Shown here in pieces: positions 23,828 to 35,510 of a DNA stretch of 64,000 bases; position 1 is the stretch's first letter; every line of letters begins with the position of its first letter. The position numbers and the translations under genes are program-made. Where the stretch lies: assembly GCF_000143415.4 (NCBI RefSeq), contig NW_003314278.1, positions 1,624,362 through 1,688,361 of the forward strand. The letters are read 5' to 3'. The notes under the pieces were generated by a model. The model saw nothing but the letters and a program-made list of their open reading frames with translations, did no database searches and was not told where the DNA came from. This DNA comes from Selaginella moellendorffii (Eukaryota > Plantae > Lycopodiophyta).

Positions 23828-25049
23828 CTAGTTTAACTCCAAGAGGTTTTGCGCAAAGAGGCGCTTGTGCACCCAATACACGATCAAATCCGCCGTGAGT
23901 TTCTTCTCGTCGATCAAGAATGGCTCCACGGTGCTGGGAGGTGATCCATAGGCAGACACCGAAAATCCTCTAGCACCTTTTTGTTCCAAAAGTTTTGAGT
24001 GTCGATTTTGAGTGCAAAATGGCAGAATCCATGCACGTACCTTCCAAGCTCGCGTCTGGGAAGTAGGCCCAGAATGTGTATGGAATGCCGAGCTTCGAGA
24101 AAGAGCCCCTTAGCTGCGATTGCAAAGTGGTGATTGGCAAGGATATCGCGATCTCAAGAGGAGACGAACCTGGTCGTTCTCGAAGCAAACTTCTACGTCG
24201 GCTAGGTTCTCTTCCTTCGCCAGTTTTGCTTGGAGACGCGGAGCGACGTCTTCTACCATGAGAGCTGGATAAGTCTTGGCTGCGGGCTTCTTTGGCTTTG
24301 GCTTTGGCTTTGCTGCGGGCTTTTCCGGCTTTTCCTTTGCCGGGGGAGGAGGAGGAGCCTCCTTGCCTGTGTTTTGCGAGCACACGAATGAACACGAATG
24401 AACTAGCACGAGACATGGAAGAACTTGTATCAAACCTGGGGCAGACTCCGCTACGATGAGCTCGTTGTTGAAGCCACCGGTACCATCGGATGCCATCGGA
24501 GAGTCCGGCGAGTGCATCCACTGGCCATCCACGATGAACTTGTACTTGTATGATCCCGGAGCTAGCTTCTGGAAACAATTAGACCCATGACAGTCTAATT
24601 GCAAGAACTTCGAAGTAGAACTTACTTGCTTGATCTGAAATGTACCATCCGGGCTCTTCTCAAGAGGGACTTGCTTTTGCCACTCGAGGAAGTCGCCGGT
24701 GAGCAGCACCTCGGAAGCTTGGCCCTTCCAAGCAAAGATTATATCCTGTGTCACCACTGTACGTGTCTTCCATCGCACGCACGCACTGGCATCAGCTGTA
24801 TGATGGACCAAAACTTCCTCGCAAAGTTCTAGACTTACATGTGGAAGTGGAAGTGGATGGCCCGTCCGCTACGCTCGCACGCAGCGATTGTATGCTCCTC
24901 GCCTCCTTTCTTTCTGGCAAACCAAAGCCCTTCGAATGCCGCAGCTCGAATCTGAGTAGTGTGCAGCGGCACGGCCTGATGAGCTGCGTAGCCTCGTGCG
25001 GACTAGCAAAGTACGTCAATCTGCTGCAAGCGGTGGCAGCCATAGCCAC
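23828..25049 (-). CDS. NdhV: Plastid-type protein: transit peptide + CBM48 (AMPK-beta-like glucan-binding) domain + NdhV/DUF2996 domain
   Basis: CBM48 motifs EVLLTGDFLEW and LAPGSYKYKFIVDGQW. NdhV-like LMVEDVAP..FENDQLRGSF..IPYTFWAYFP..GARGFSVS.YGSPPSTVEPFLIDEKK..YWVHKRLFAQ. Six exons with GT-AG introns; first acceptor uncertain. Confidence 0.85.
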
Positions 25050-25470
25050 ACGAGCTTCGAGGCTGGAGCTGGAGCTCCACCTCCACCTTTACGAGATAAG
25101 TCTGCACTTCCAAGTGGCAACATGTTAGCCACACTCCCAAATCAGCATTTCAGTTTATTAACCTCGTCATTACCAGACTGGTACCCAATCCAGAGGACTG
25201 GGAAATCCATCTCAGCCCGTTAGTCACGTCGAAACAAAACATCTTAGTTGCTGTGGTCCCCTTGGGATTTCCTGGCATTGATATGTGACGGTGCTTTGCT
25301 GCAAACCAGCAGCCAGCTTGTTTGCACGGTCACCGCAGAGAAGCTTGAGGCTTACCTCTTGTGTGGGATTGCAGCATGAATTCACAGTCGTAGCTAAAGT
25401 TCTAAACATCCAGCGCCAAAGGTACGCAAGCTTCTTCTCTCCCAGAGTTTGACGAACTCTTCTTCCAGCC

Positions 25471-26961
25471 ATGGGTGCTACACCACAAGATCAAACCGCA
25501 CACGTTGTTCTCGTCCCATACCCGGCTCAGGGTCACATTCCACCGATGATCCATCTCGCGCGAAAGCTAGCTGCCAACGAGATCATCGTCACGCTGGTTA
25601 ACGTGGACAGCGTCCACAAGATGCTCCTCAAGCAATGGAGCTGCCCACCGGGATCGGACATCCGGCTGGAGCAAGTCGAGTGCGGCCTCAAGCTCCCGGC
25701 CGGGGTGGACGCGTCGTGCCTCGAGAACCCGGAAGCTCTCTTTGACGCAGTTGACAGCCTCAAAGCTCCGGTGGAGGAGCTCGTACGTGAGCTCACGCCA
25801 ACTCCTTGTTGCATCGTTGCCGACTTCTTCCTTGGCTGGCCCCTCGAGCTGGCCAGGACGCTAGGCACCGGTTCCGCAATCTACTGGCCTGGAAACGCAG
25901 CATGGAGTTCACTCCACCACCATATGAAGCTGCTCGAGGCCCACGGCGATCTCTTCTGCCAAGGCAAGCCAAAGTTCTTGTCAGTAGTAGTCAACCAAGT
26001 TTGTGAAATCCATGCAGGAGAGAGGGAGGAGGACAGGATCATCACGTACATCCCTGGAGTTCCCGGCCTGGAGTACGGTGATCTTCCGGAGTACTTCAAG
26101 CGAAAGCTCGGGAGCCCGAGTCGCCGGCTTCTCTTCGACTACGACCAGGATCGCATGAAGCACTGCGAGTGGATCCTCGTCAACAGCATGGCGGAGCTGG
26201 AGCCCGAGACGTTCCACGCGATGCAAGCGGCGCTGCCAGCCAGCAAGTTCGCTGCGATCGGGCCACTCTTCCCAGTCTCCCACCACGAATCGCCAGCAGC
26301 GCTCAAGGGAGTGAGCCTCCGAGACGAGGAGCATGGCTGCCTCAAGTGGCTCGACACGCGCGCCGAGAGCTCCGTGCTCTACGTCTCGTTCGGGAGCATC
26401 AGCGTTCTCTCGGAGGATACGTTCCAGGAGATCGCCGCGGGGCTGGAGGCTAGCGAGCAGGCGTTTCTCTGGGTGAATCGCGAGGATCTGGTGAAGAGGA
26501 GCGCCACTCACGACGAGTTCTACGCGGGGTTTCTGGAGAGGACGCGCGAGCAAGGAATGGTCGTGTCGTGGGCGCCGCAAGTCCGAGTGCTAGCGCACTC
26601 CTCCATCGGAGGATTTCTCTCGCACTGCGGCTGGAACTCGACGCTGGAGAGCATCTGCTATGGCGTGCCACTGCTGGGATGGCCGTGCCACTCGGAGCAA
26701 AGGACCAACGCCAAGCTGGTGGAAGAGGACTGGCGAGTGGGGAAGAGACTGTGGCGGCGAGGCGATGGAGACACGGTGACCCGGGGTGTCGTGGAGCAGC
26801 GGATTACTGAATTCATGAGTGGAATGGACAAGGAGGAGATATGGGCGAGAGCGAAAGATCTCAAGAATGTGGCCCGCGCTACTGCCAATCCAGGCGGGAA
26901 CTCCCACGAGAATCTGGCAACGTTTGCGCGAGCAGTGAAGACGATGACGATGGGAGACTAA
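25471..26961 (+). CDS. UDP-glycosyltransferase, paralog of the 22274 gene (probable GC-AG intron 25964-26017)
   Basis: PYPAQGH and PSPG box WAPQVRVLAH..HCGWNS..EQ. Confidence 0.93.
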   Translation: MGATPQDQTAHVVLVPYPAQGHIPPMIHLARKLAANEIIVTLVNVDSVHKMLLKQWSCPPGSDIRLEQVECGLKLPAGVDASCLENPEALFDAVDSLKAPVEELVRELTPTPCCIVADFFLGWPLELARTLGTGSAIYWPGNAAWSSLHHHMKLLEAHGDLFCQGKPKFLSVVVNQVCEIHAGEREEDRIITYIPGVPGLEYGDLPEYFKRKLGSPSRRLLFDYDQDRMKHCEWILVNSMAELEPETFHAMQAALPASKFAAIGPLFPVSHHESPAALKGVSLRDEEHGCLKWLDTRAESSVLYVSFGSISVLSEDTFQEIAAGLEASEQAFLWVNREDLVKRSATHDEFYAGFLERTREQGMVVSWAPQVRVLAHSSIGGFLSHCGWNSTLESICYGVPLLGWPCHSEQRTNAKLVEEDWRVGKRLWRRGDGDTVTRGVVEQRITEFMSGMDKEEIWARAKDLKNVARATANPGGNSHENLATFARAVKTMTMGD

Positions 26962-27032
26962 CAGCGAAGCCTCTGCCACAGGGAATCTTCTCTGTCTGGG
27001 ATAGCTCCTCTTTCCTCCATAAACCCTAATCT

Positions 27033-28274
27033 ATGAGACATGAGCTTTATTTGTTTGCCCAGCTCGTGAGGAAGTGCCGTAATGCCAGGGATCTCTTGCA
27101 GGGCAAATGCGTCCACGCGCAAATCCTCGAGAGTGGGCTCATCCACGAGCGATTTCTTGCGAATCTCCTGGTTGAAATGTATGGCAAGTGCGGCAGCGTG
27201 GAGGAATCCAGAGCTGTGTTTGATGGGATACAGGAGCCGAATCTTTTCTCCTGGACAAACATGCTTGCAGTGTATGCCCAGAGAGGGGATTTGCAGAAAG
27301 CGAAGGAGATTTTTGGTAAGATGCCTGAGAAGGATCGAGTCGCCTGGAATGCGATGATTCAAGCTTACGCTCGAAGCGGCTGTTTTGGAAAAGCCAAAGA
27401 GATGTTTGATGTCATGAGCAATCGCAATGTTGTGTCGTGGACGACTGTTCTTGCAGCACTTGCCCAAGAAGGGAATTTTGAGCTTGCGAAAGACATGTTC
27501 GACAGAATGCCGCGGCGGGATTCCGTGTCATGCAACGCGATGATGGATGCTTGTGTACAAAGCCAAGATTTTGAAAGAGTTCGAGAGATGTTTTTTAGTA
27601 TGTTGGAGAAGGACATAGCATCTTGGACTACAATCTTAGCAGCAAATGCCCAAGTAGGCAATTTTTCTTTTCTGCTCCAGCTATTTCACAAGATGCCGCT
27701 ACACAACGCTGTGGCTTGGACAATTCTTTTCCTCGCTTATGCTCACAATGGCGATCTTTGCATGGCCAGAAGAATCTTCTCTATGCTTCCGGAAAAGTCT
27801 CTTGTGGAGTGGAACGCTCTCATCCAAGCATATGCCCAAAACGGGCATGCCAAGACCACGCTCGAGCTCTTTAGCTTCATGGCGATGGAGGGAATCGCCC
27901 CAAACTCCGTCACCTTTCTCACCCTCCTCGCCGCTTGCAATCACATTGGCCTCGTCGAGATTGGCCGCTGGTACTTCCTCTCGATGATCCAAGACCACCA
28001 CCTCGTCCCCAGTCACCAGCACTTTTGCTGCATGATCGAGCTCCTTGGTCGATCCGGGAGGCTTCGCGAGGCGGAAGAATTCGCTGCTTCCATGCCCGCA
28101 GTGGAGATGGCGATGTCCAGATCGCTAGTTGGAGCTTGCAACTTAAATGGCGAGAGTGATCGTGGAGAACGCATTGCTAGACGAGCACTGGAGTGTGACC
28201 CCGAGAACGCTGCTCCTTATGTGATGCTTACCAGCGTCTATTCCCTGGAAGATGGTGAGAACTTCTCTTTGTAA
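27033..28274 (+). CDS. PLS-class PPR protein with E domain
   Basis: LVEMYGKCGSVEE, tandem PPR motifs, HFCCMIELLGRSG, PENAAPYVML. Confidence 0.9.
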   Translation: MRHELYLFAQLVRKCRNARDLLQGKCVHAQILESGLIHERFLANLLVEMYGKCGSVEESRAVFDGIQEPNLFSWTNMLAVYAQRGDLQKAKEIFGKMPEKDRVAWNAMIQAYARSGCFGKAKEMFDVMSNRNVVSWTTVLAALAQEGNFELAKDMFDRMPRRDSVSCNAMMDACVQSQDFERVREMFFSMLEKDIASWTTILAANAQVGNFSFLLQLFHKMPLHNAVAWTILFLAYAHNGDLCMARRIFSMLPEKSLVEWNALIQAYAQNGHAKTTLELFSFMAMEGIAPNSVTFLTLLAACNHIGLVEIGRWYFLSMIQDHHLVPSHQHFCCMIELLGRSGRLREAEEFAASMPAVEMAMSRSLVGACNLNGESDRGERIARRALECDPENAAPYVMLTSVYSLEDGENFSL

Positions 28275-28356
28275 AATTAATCGATCACTTCTTGTTGATA
28301 AATAATGGATACATGGTACAAATGGTACACTATATACCTTCTTCAAGCTCTCTTCT

Positions 28357-31300
28357 CTAGAGGTGTGAAGAGCTTGTCGATGGATGATCGTGAAGAAAGA
28401 CGGTGGAAGTCTCGATGGGCTGGGAGCTGTGCACTTCCAGCTCCAAATGATCCGGTGACGACTGGCTGAGGAGATCCTGCTGCTGCTGCTGGTTCTTTGT
28501 CCGGAGGAGATTTCTCGAAGACGACGAGAGGAGCGCCACTTCTCTCGAGCTCAAGTTCCTATGCCTCAGGCTGGATCGCGGGGACTCTTGCTGGCTCTCA
28601 GAAACTTCTACAATGTTTGGATTGCACTGTGACGACGCAGTTCTTGTCTTTGTTTGCTGCTCAGCCGCTGCCTCGAAAGCAGAGATGACGAGCACGCTTC
28701 CACAGCGCTTGGCTTCATCATAAGGAGTACGGCCCCATCTGTCAGTAGAAGCGTGAGTGATCGATCGCTTGCCAGAGGAGCGGACGTTCGAAAGTACCTG
28801 TCCTTGTAGAAGATGCTGGCCCCAGCATTGATAAGGAACTTGACAAACGAATTCAAGCCTTCGGCCGCAGCGACATGCAATGCGGTCCTTGAGTAATAAT
28901 CTGCCGCATTTGGATCCACTCCATGGTTTATTAGACGCTTGAGGAGTTCTAAGTTGTTCTTTACCACCGCGCGGATGAGCATGTTTCCGGGGTAAGTTAA
29001 GTTGAGCCTGGCTCCCCTCTCCACAAGGATGCTTGCTGTGTAGTCGTGTCCACCTTTGATGGCTTCGAGCAACGGGCTGTTGCCTAGATTATCTGCGCAC
29101 CCAAATGATCGTTTAGATTGGAAGTACGCTGGACTGAGAAGAAAAATACCAAGAGCGTTTATGTCTGCTCCTTCTCTCAACAGCAACGAGACGATGTCGT
29201 CGTAGCCTTTAGAAGCTGCAAGGTGCTGCAAGACTTGATCCTGATGAGCACACAACAAAGAATCAGCGTCAATGATTTCTTACGAGAGGCGTTTTCCCAA
29301 CGTAGTCGGACTTCACAGGATCTGCTCCCGTTCGTATCAGGCTGCGCAGATAATACAAGTCGCCTTGAAAAGCAGCGTTGTTCATTCTCAACGTCAGCTC
29401 TGACTGCTGGTGCCCCAGTTGCGATTGAATCTCGTCAGTGAGCTGACTTACTCGAAAGTCTCCAGTTTGTTGCTAAGAAACAGATAAAGGAAAACACCTG
29501 AGGAACATGCTTGGATAATGAAGGTTTTCGTACCTTGAGCAGATTGTTGAGAACTTGGCGACTGTCGACGGCATAGATTTGCATTATGTTTGTAAGCACA
29601 TGCTTGTCCAGCCTTAGTAGCGCGCTCAGCTCCGACACACGGACAGTATACGGCTGAGGGATGTTGCAAAGCACAGCAACTTCCCCGAAAATGTTATGGT
29701 CCTCGACTGTAAAGACTTCCTCAGAGCCATCTTCTGCAACAGAAACAACTTCCTGAGAAGGAAGTTTTTAAAACGAGAAAAACTTGTTTAGTCAAAAAGC
29801 ACAGGCCAGAAATCCAAAACCACTTGCCAGCAGTCCATGCGACACAATGTAGAGCCTATCTGCAGCACTCCCTTGCTCCATTATCATTTCTCCTGGCAAA
29901 AAGTATTCCTTGTGTACGTTGCTTACCTGCGTCAGTGGTGAACGAACAAAATCCTATCAGAATCCAAGAGTCAGAAGCGAAACAAACTTACAATCTGGTT
30001 GATAAACTCGTTTGAGCAGCTTTTAAAAAGTGGCACGTCCGCAACCGTATCAAGGTACAGGGCCTGAGAGACCTGGAAGCTCACAGATTCTTTTTAGTAT
30101 CAAACAAGTTGGTTTTGTTTTGACTACCTTGGCACGAATAGAAGCAGGGAATTCCTTCATCACTGTCCGTTCTGCAAGCTGCCCTTCAAACTCGAGCCGG
30201 ACGTGAGCTTTCATTTGCTGCCTCAGGTCCCTTGGAAGGCTGTGCATGTTCATAAACTTGATAATCCCCGCCATCCGGTCCCGAAACTTCTCGGTGCTCG
30301 ACCCTCTCACTATCAATCCCGTCATGTTTCCAATAAGATATGCTCCCAGGATCATGTCAAACGAAACAAAGATCATAACGAAAACCATCTCCCTGACGTT
30401 CACGGCATGAATATCTCCATAGCCTTGCGAAACAACGAATAATTAATCACGAAACTTTGCAACGATCACAGAAAAGAATCCACGTACCAACAGTCGCCAT
30501 GGTGAGAATCGCCCAGTAGAGCGCGGTGACGTAACGCTTCAAAAGATCAATCTCGTGGAAGTTGTGGTAGGAAAAATCGCCAAGCGTGAGGCTGCCGATC
30601 CAGGTGTAGGATTCCTGCGAGTGTGCCATGGTTGTTGCGAGGTAGTAGAAGATGCAAGCAGCCGTGTGCGTGCAGTAGAGCTCCACCGTTAGCAGTTTCG
30701 CAATCCTCGCCACAAAGTAGTGGACGCGAATGTCCTTCTCCAGCCTCTTAAAGAAACGCTCCACTTTGCGAACTCTATACAGCCGGATCCACAGCATGTA
30801 TCGGATCTCCTCGTGTCTTCCACAAGCCTGAGAAAAAAAGAAGAAAAAAAACGAAAAAAAAAAGAGAAAAGTTTTGAGCGATCTTCGCGAAGAAACTCCT
30901 GGTGTGGTGTGTGGAGTGAGCCATTGGTTACCTTGTACAGTGCATCCCAGGGCAGGCACGCCAGGAAATCTGGGATGAGATCCGTCTTTCCATACCTGCC
31001 AAGCGATTCACCATCCAAGAACACTGGAAGGAAATATCTTTTTACCTCAAAGCGATCTTCTTGTGGTCCGTGATCGTCTTGTAGGTGTGGGAATCCTTGA
31101 AGGCCACGAAGAAATTGATGACAATGTCGGCCAGGAAGATCACCTGGACGACCATGTCGAAGACCCCGACGCGCCAGGGCAGGCCGCGAAAGAAGCCGAA
31201 TTCCATGGGCGTGAAGAAGGAGGAATACGCCGCCGACACCAGGATGAAGGTCGTCCACCAGTGATGCCATCTGCGAGTCGCGCCCACTCAGTGAGTGATC

Positions 31301-31520
31301 CTCGCCGCGATCCACCGATCGGTATCGATCGATCGGGAGTGGAAGAAATATTTCCAAGAAAACGCTCTTACCGCGACTCGGGCAGAATGACATGGAGCCT
31401 TAGGGCTTTAAGCGCCGAGCTACTGGCTTGCCATTCCCTGATGTATCGCGACACTCGCGATCGATTGCTCCCATTGCCCTCGTACCCCTCCCGCTCGAGC
31501 CTCGGTTCGTCCTCGTCCAT
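28357..31520 (-). CDS. Shaker-type outward-rectifying K+ channel (SKOR/GORK-like), multi-exon
   Basis: YSSFFTPMEFGFFRGLP, VELYCTHTAACIFYYLAT, TMATVGYGD pore, VSFDMILGAYLIGNMT (outward-rectifier S6), cNMP domain FGEVAVLCNIPQPYTVRV, ankyrin repeats. Confidence 0.93.
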
Positions 31521-32408
31521 GGGCGATACATTCCAATCGCTGGAGCTCCAGGATCACAAATTCCCCTCTTTGGAGGATCGACACTATTGATCGATCACAA
31601 GATCGTGAGCTTCTCGAGCTCCAAGCGCCGGATTCATGTGTGGCGCACAAGTACGAGATCACGGGGAAAGCCTTCCAGCCCGTTTCAGTGCTTTGTCGCA
31701 AATTAAGTAGACAATGCCATGAAAGCTTAGCTGGACGCTGATGTGGCACGTGCGTGGAGCTTGCGTGGCATGGTCGTTATTAGCCGCGAGGTTAAGACTA
31801 AACAGGACTGTATCATTTGACTTCCCGTACCAATCATGCGCGAGGGAATCTACGGATCCAGTGGACTCGGCGGACAGAATCTCCTTGTGCTAGATATCTT
31901 AGTCGAGAATCTCGTGACAATTCGACACCCACTTTCTAATTTTTCCACTCGGCTGAAGTTGAGGTTGATCGATTGAGATAAACGGCTTGTCGATCCCTGC
32001 AAGGGCCAAAGCTTACAAAATCACGCCAATCATATGCCAATCGTAATCATGGTTTGAGCATAGATGTTACAAAGTACAAACCCAACTTTCAACTAACAAT
32101 GATGTGTGATTCGTAGAAAGCATGAACTGAAAATCAAAATCGGCAAGCTTTGTCCATGAATGCCACTTCGTATTTCATTAGAAACTCTAGAATGAATTAT
32201 GTAAAGGTTATTAACTTATTTGTTGAATGATTAATAATATAGCTGTTAAAACCATTTGGATCATTATGTAGAATATACTTAAGATTTAATCATTTAAACA
32301 TTCAAAGAGCACTAATTATTTATTTATTTATTTATTTATATGCATAGCTAGCTCCAAATTTACAGATACTTAGCTATAGCTATAGCGAGCAACCTTGAGC
32401 TCAAGCTC

Positions 32409-33498
32409 TTAAGACTTCGGAATGATCACACGCAAAAACCCGTCGCTGCAAAGCACACGAGAGAGCATTTAGATCAGAGAGGAATTGAGCCAAAACTTTC
32501 TTACATAAACTCGGCAGTGGCTCCATTCAAGTTGGCGTTCTTGGGCACACTCCACACCGAGCGGTAGGGGCCGTAGGAAATATCTCGCCGGTGATAAACC
32601 CTGCAGTCGCTCTCGGAACTCTGAGTGAAAGACTGGGAGCTCGACCACCACTCCCTGGAGCGAAATCCAGTCACTACAAGCCTGTCCATCCAGCGTTTGG
32701 TAAAACGATGAAACGAGAAAGAAGAAACTTAGAGAAGAGCATCACCTTCCACGGTCGATCTCCACTCGAATTCCTTCGGCGTTTACACCTGGTAGCTCCA
32801 CCGTCACAATGTGCTCGGAGTCGGACTCCGTGACATCCATGCGAGGAGACCACTCAAAGCCTCGGATGGAAGTCTCGCGTTTTTCTTCTTCGTGCAAAAA
32901 AGGAGGAAGAGACCATTGCAACTTATGGATCGAGAAGAACCAGATGGAAGTACCTGAAGCCTCGGTAACAGGACGAGAGCTCTTGATTTGTGCCGCATGC
33001 TTGGACGCGGGCCTCGCAAAGAGTGGAGTTTCATCTTCACGAGACTTCACTACTTTGCTGCTGGAGAACTCCTCGTCTTCTTTTTTGGCACAGTCGCCAC
33101 TGATTTTGCTAGTGTTCTTGGAAAGACTCGCTCGGCTCTCGCCATCCGGCATCACCTGAAGAAAGAAATTCACGGAATCATAGAACGGAAATGGAAACAA
33201 AGGAAGAACATCGCATTTTTTTCTACGTACCTGTTTTAACTCGGCAGGTCGCATGAATTGTCCTCTTGCTTCGGCCCCTTGCCTCGCAAACATGAGCATG
33301 CTATCGCGACGATTTCCCGAAAATGCGGGGGTGGAGGAACATTCCTGCGAAGAAATTCCCAATTCCAATTTCCACATCCAATTCAGCCTAAAGACTCACC
33401 GATCTAACGATCAAAGGGCCCGATTGAAGCCGCAACCCGTCCTCGAGATGGCACGCCAGGTGATACATCCTCGCGCGCGCCTTCTCATCGAGATCCAT
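32409..33498 (-). CDS. Alpha-crystallin-domain (HSP20-like) protein, multi-exon
   Basis: WSPRMDVTE..VTVELPGV..IRVE, YHRRDISYGPY..W.VPKN, DGFLRVIIPK. Start codon less certain. Confidence 0.8.
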
Positions 33499-33821
33499 CT
33501 CAAATTTTCACCGCCAGAGAGATCGATCAGCGAGCTAGAGTGCTTACACCGGAGAGAAACCTAGCGAAGATCTTCCAGATATTTAGGGAAGATCATATGA
33601 GCCACGTGGAAGTGTTTTATTAACGCATTTTTAGGGTTCTTCGTCCATAAACCCTAGCTCGTCTTATCACAAAAAAATGAGGGGTTCACAAATAGATCCT
33701 CGCGATCGCTCTTTGCCGGCGCGCATTGGCTCGAATTCTAGGACTCGACAATTCATCGCGAATGTCCTCTTGTCTCGGATCGCGCTGGCGGTAAGCTGAT
33801 TCGCGGCATTGCGAGATTTTG

Positions 33822-35510
33822 ATGGCGAGCGCAATGGCGTTTGGCTGGCCATACCAATGGCAGTCCGGAGGAGGAGGAGGGGTGGATGTAGTCGTCTCTT
33901 CGCAGCAACATTCTCGCAGGCTCAGGATTTTCTCTCCGGCATTTAGAAAAGGAGCCGAATTGCTGGTCACCGAGGACCAGATTTCGCTGGAGAACACGTT
34001 TGTAGCACTGGAATCGTCACTGGAAGGCCTGGAAGTGCCTAGGCTCGGGGAAGCTCCCGTGGAGGCCGAGATAGCTTCCACGAGCTCAAATGGTTCCACT
34101 CAGGTGATCGAAGAAAAAACTCCCGAAAGAAGAAAGAAGGAGTGGACTGGTCCGATCAGACCTCGCAAACATCCTCCACTTCCGCCATGGACGGAAGCAC
34201 AGTGCCGAGAGAAGCAAACGGAGATTCTAAACGAGCTCCTCGCCAACGATCAGCTAGAGGGAGGCGGGCTTCCAGTGGCGACCATCCTCGATGGATGGCT
34301 GGGAAAAGTTTCCAGAGTGGACCTCGCCAACGTTATCAAGGATCTGGACGCTCAAGGCAAGCACGCACTGCTGCTCGAGGTGTTCTACTGGATGCAAAGA
34401 TGCAAAGGAAGGCTGGTTCCAAAGGCACACCTTTGCAACATGGTGCTGGGCATTTTGAGCCGGGCTAGATTGATAGAGGACGCCGAGGAGCTCTTCCAGT
34501 GGATCAAGCTCCAGGACTGGGATAAGCTACGTCCATACAATGCGATGATAGCAGCATACTACCAGGCAAAGAGGCCCAAGGACGCCTGGGATGTTTACTA
34601 CCAAATGCTCGCGGAAGGCATCGATCCAGACGACGTTACTTACGACATTCTTGTAAGTGGGAGTGGAAAGAATGGCTATCCGATCGACAGGCTCTTCTTG
34701 GAGATCAAGTCTAGAGGGGTGGCGCTCACGTTACGATCATACAACGTCGTGATCTGCGCGTTCACGAAGGAAGGAAGCATTGACAAGGTGGAGGAAGTGA
34801 TCCGCGAGATGATACGGCAAGAGCTCCGGCCGGATTTGTTCTCGTTCAACGCCTTGATCGCCGCATACGCCATGTCCAGGAAGCCGGAGAGGGGACTACA
34901 GGTTTTCAGCAACATGAAAGCCGCGGGTGTTCTTCCGGACATCGTGACTTACACCACGCTGATACAGATGTTTAGCCGGAGCGCCATGCACAAGGAAGCG
35001 ATCGAAATGTTCGAGGAGATGGTGGTGAACAAGTGCCAGCCGGATTTCTTCGTCTACAGCCTGCTCGTCAGTGTCTACGGCAAAGCTGGTCTTGTGGCGG
35101 ACGCTCTCCTGATATTCCACAGGCTTCAGCTGGAAGGACACAGGCCGAATATCGTCACCTACACGTCCCTAATCTCCGCGCATCTCCACAAAGGCTTGCT
35201 CGAGGAGTCACGCAAGCACTTCTCACAGATGGAAGCGTATGGATGCCGAGCCGACGTCCATCTTCTAAACACAATGATTGACGCGTATGCCAAGGCCGGG
35301 ATGGTGAACGATGCTGCTAACTTGCTGCACAGACTCACGGCTCAGGGAGTCTGTCCGAACAGAGCCTCGTATGCCATTATCGTGGAGGGATTTCTTCATG
35401 CCGGACATGTGGATGAGGCTCTTGCGGCATACGCATCGATGTCCGAGGCCGGTTTCAAGGATGAGAAGATGAGCTCCAGGATCTCCAGAAGAAGCAGTCC
35501 GAGGAGATGA
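33822..35510 (+). CDS. P-class PPR protein
   Basis: Tandem 35-aa repeats (PDIVTYTTLI, PDLFSFNALI, PNIVTYTSLI) after a long N-terminal extension. Confidence 0.9.
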   Translation: MASAMAFGWPYQWQSGGGGGVDVVVSSQQHSRRLRIFSPAFRKGAELLVTEDQISLENTFVALESSLEGLEVPRLGEAPVEAEIASTSSNGSTQVIEEKTPERRKKEWTGPIRPRKHPPLPPWTEAQCREKQTEILNELLANDQLEGGGLPVATILDGWLGKVSRVDLANVIKDLDAQGKHALLLEVFYWMQRCKGRLVPKAHLCNMVLGILSRARLIEDAEELFQWIKLQDWDKLRPYNAMIAAYYQAKRPKDAWDVYYQMLAEGIDPDDVTYDILVSGSGKNGYPIDRLFLEIKSRGVALTLRSYNVVICAFTKEGSIDKVEEVIREMIRQELRPDLFSFNALIAAYAMSRKPERGLQVFSNMKAAGVLPDIVTYTTLIQMFSRSAMHKEAIEMFEEMVVNKCQPDFFVYSLLVSVYGKAGLVADALLIFHRLQLEGHRPNIVTYTSLISAHLHKGLLEESRKHFSQMEAYGCRADVHLLNTMIDAYAKAGMVNDAANLLHRLTAQGVCPNRASYAIIVEGFLHAGHVDEALAAYASMSEAGFKDEKMSSRISRRSSPRR

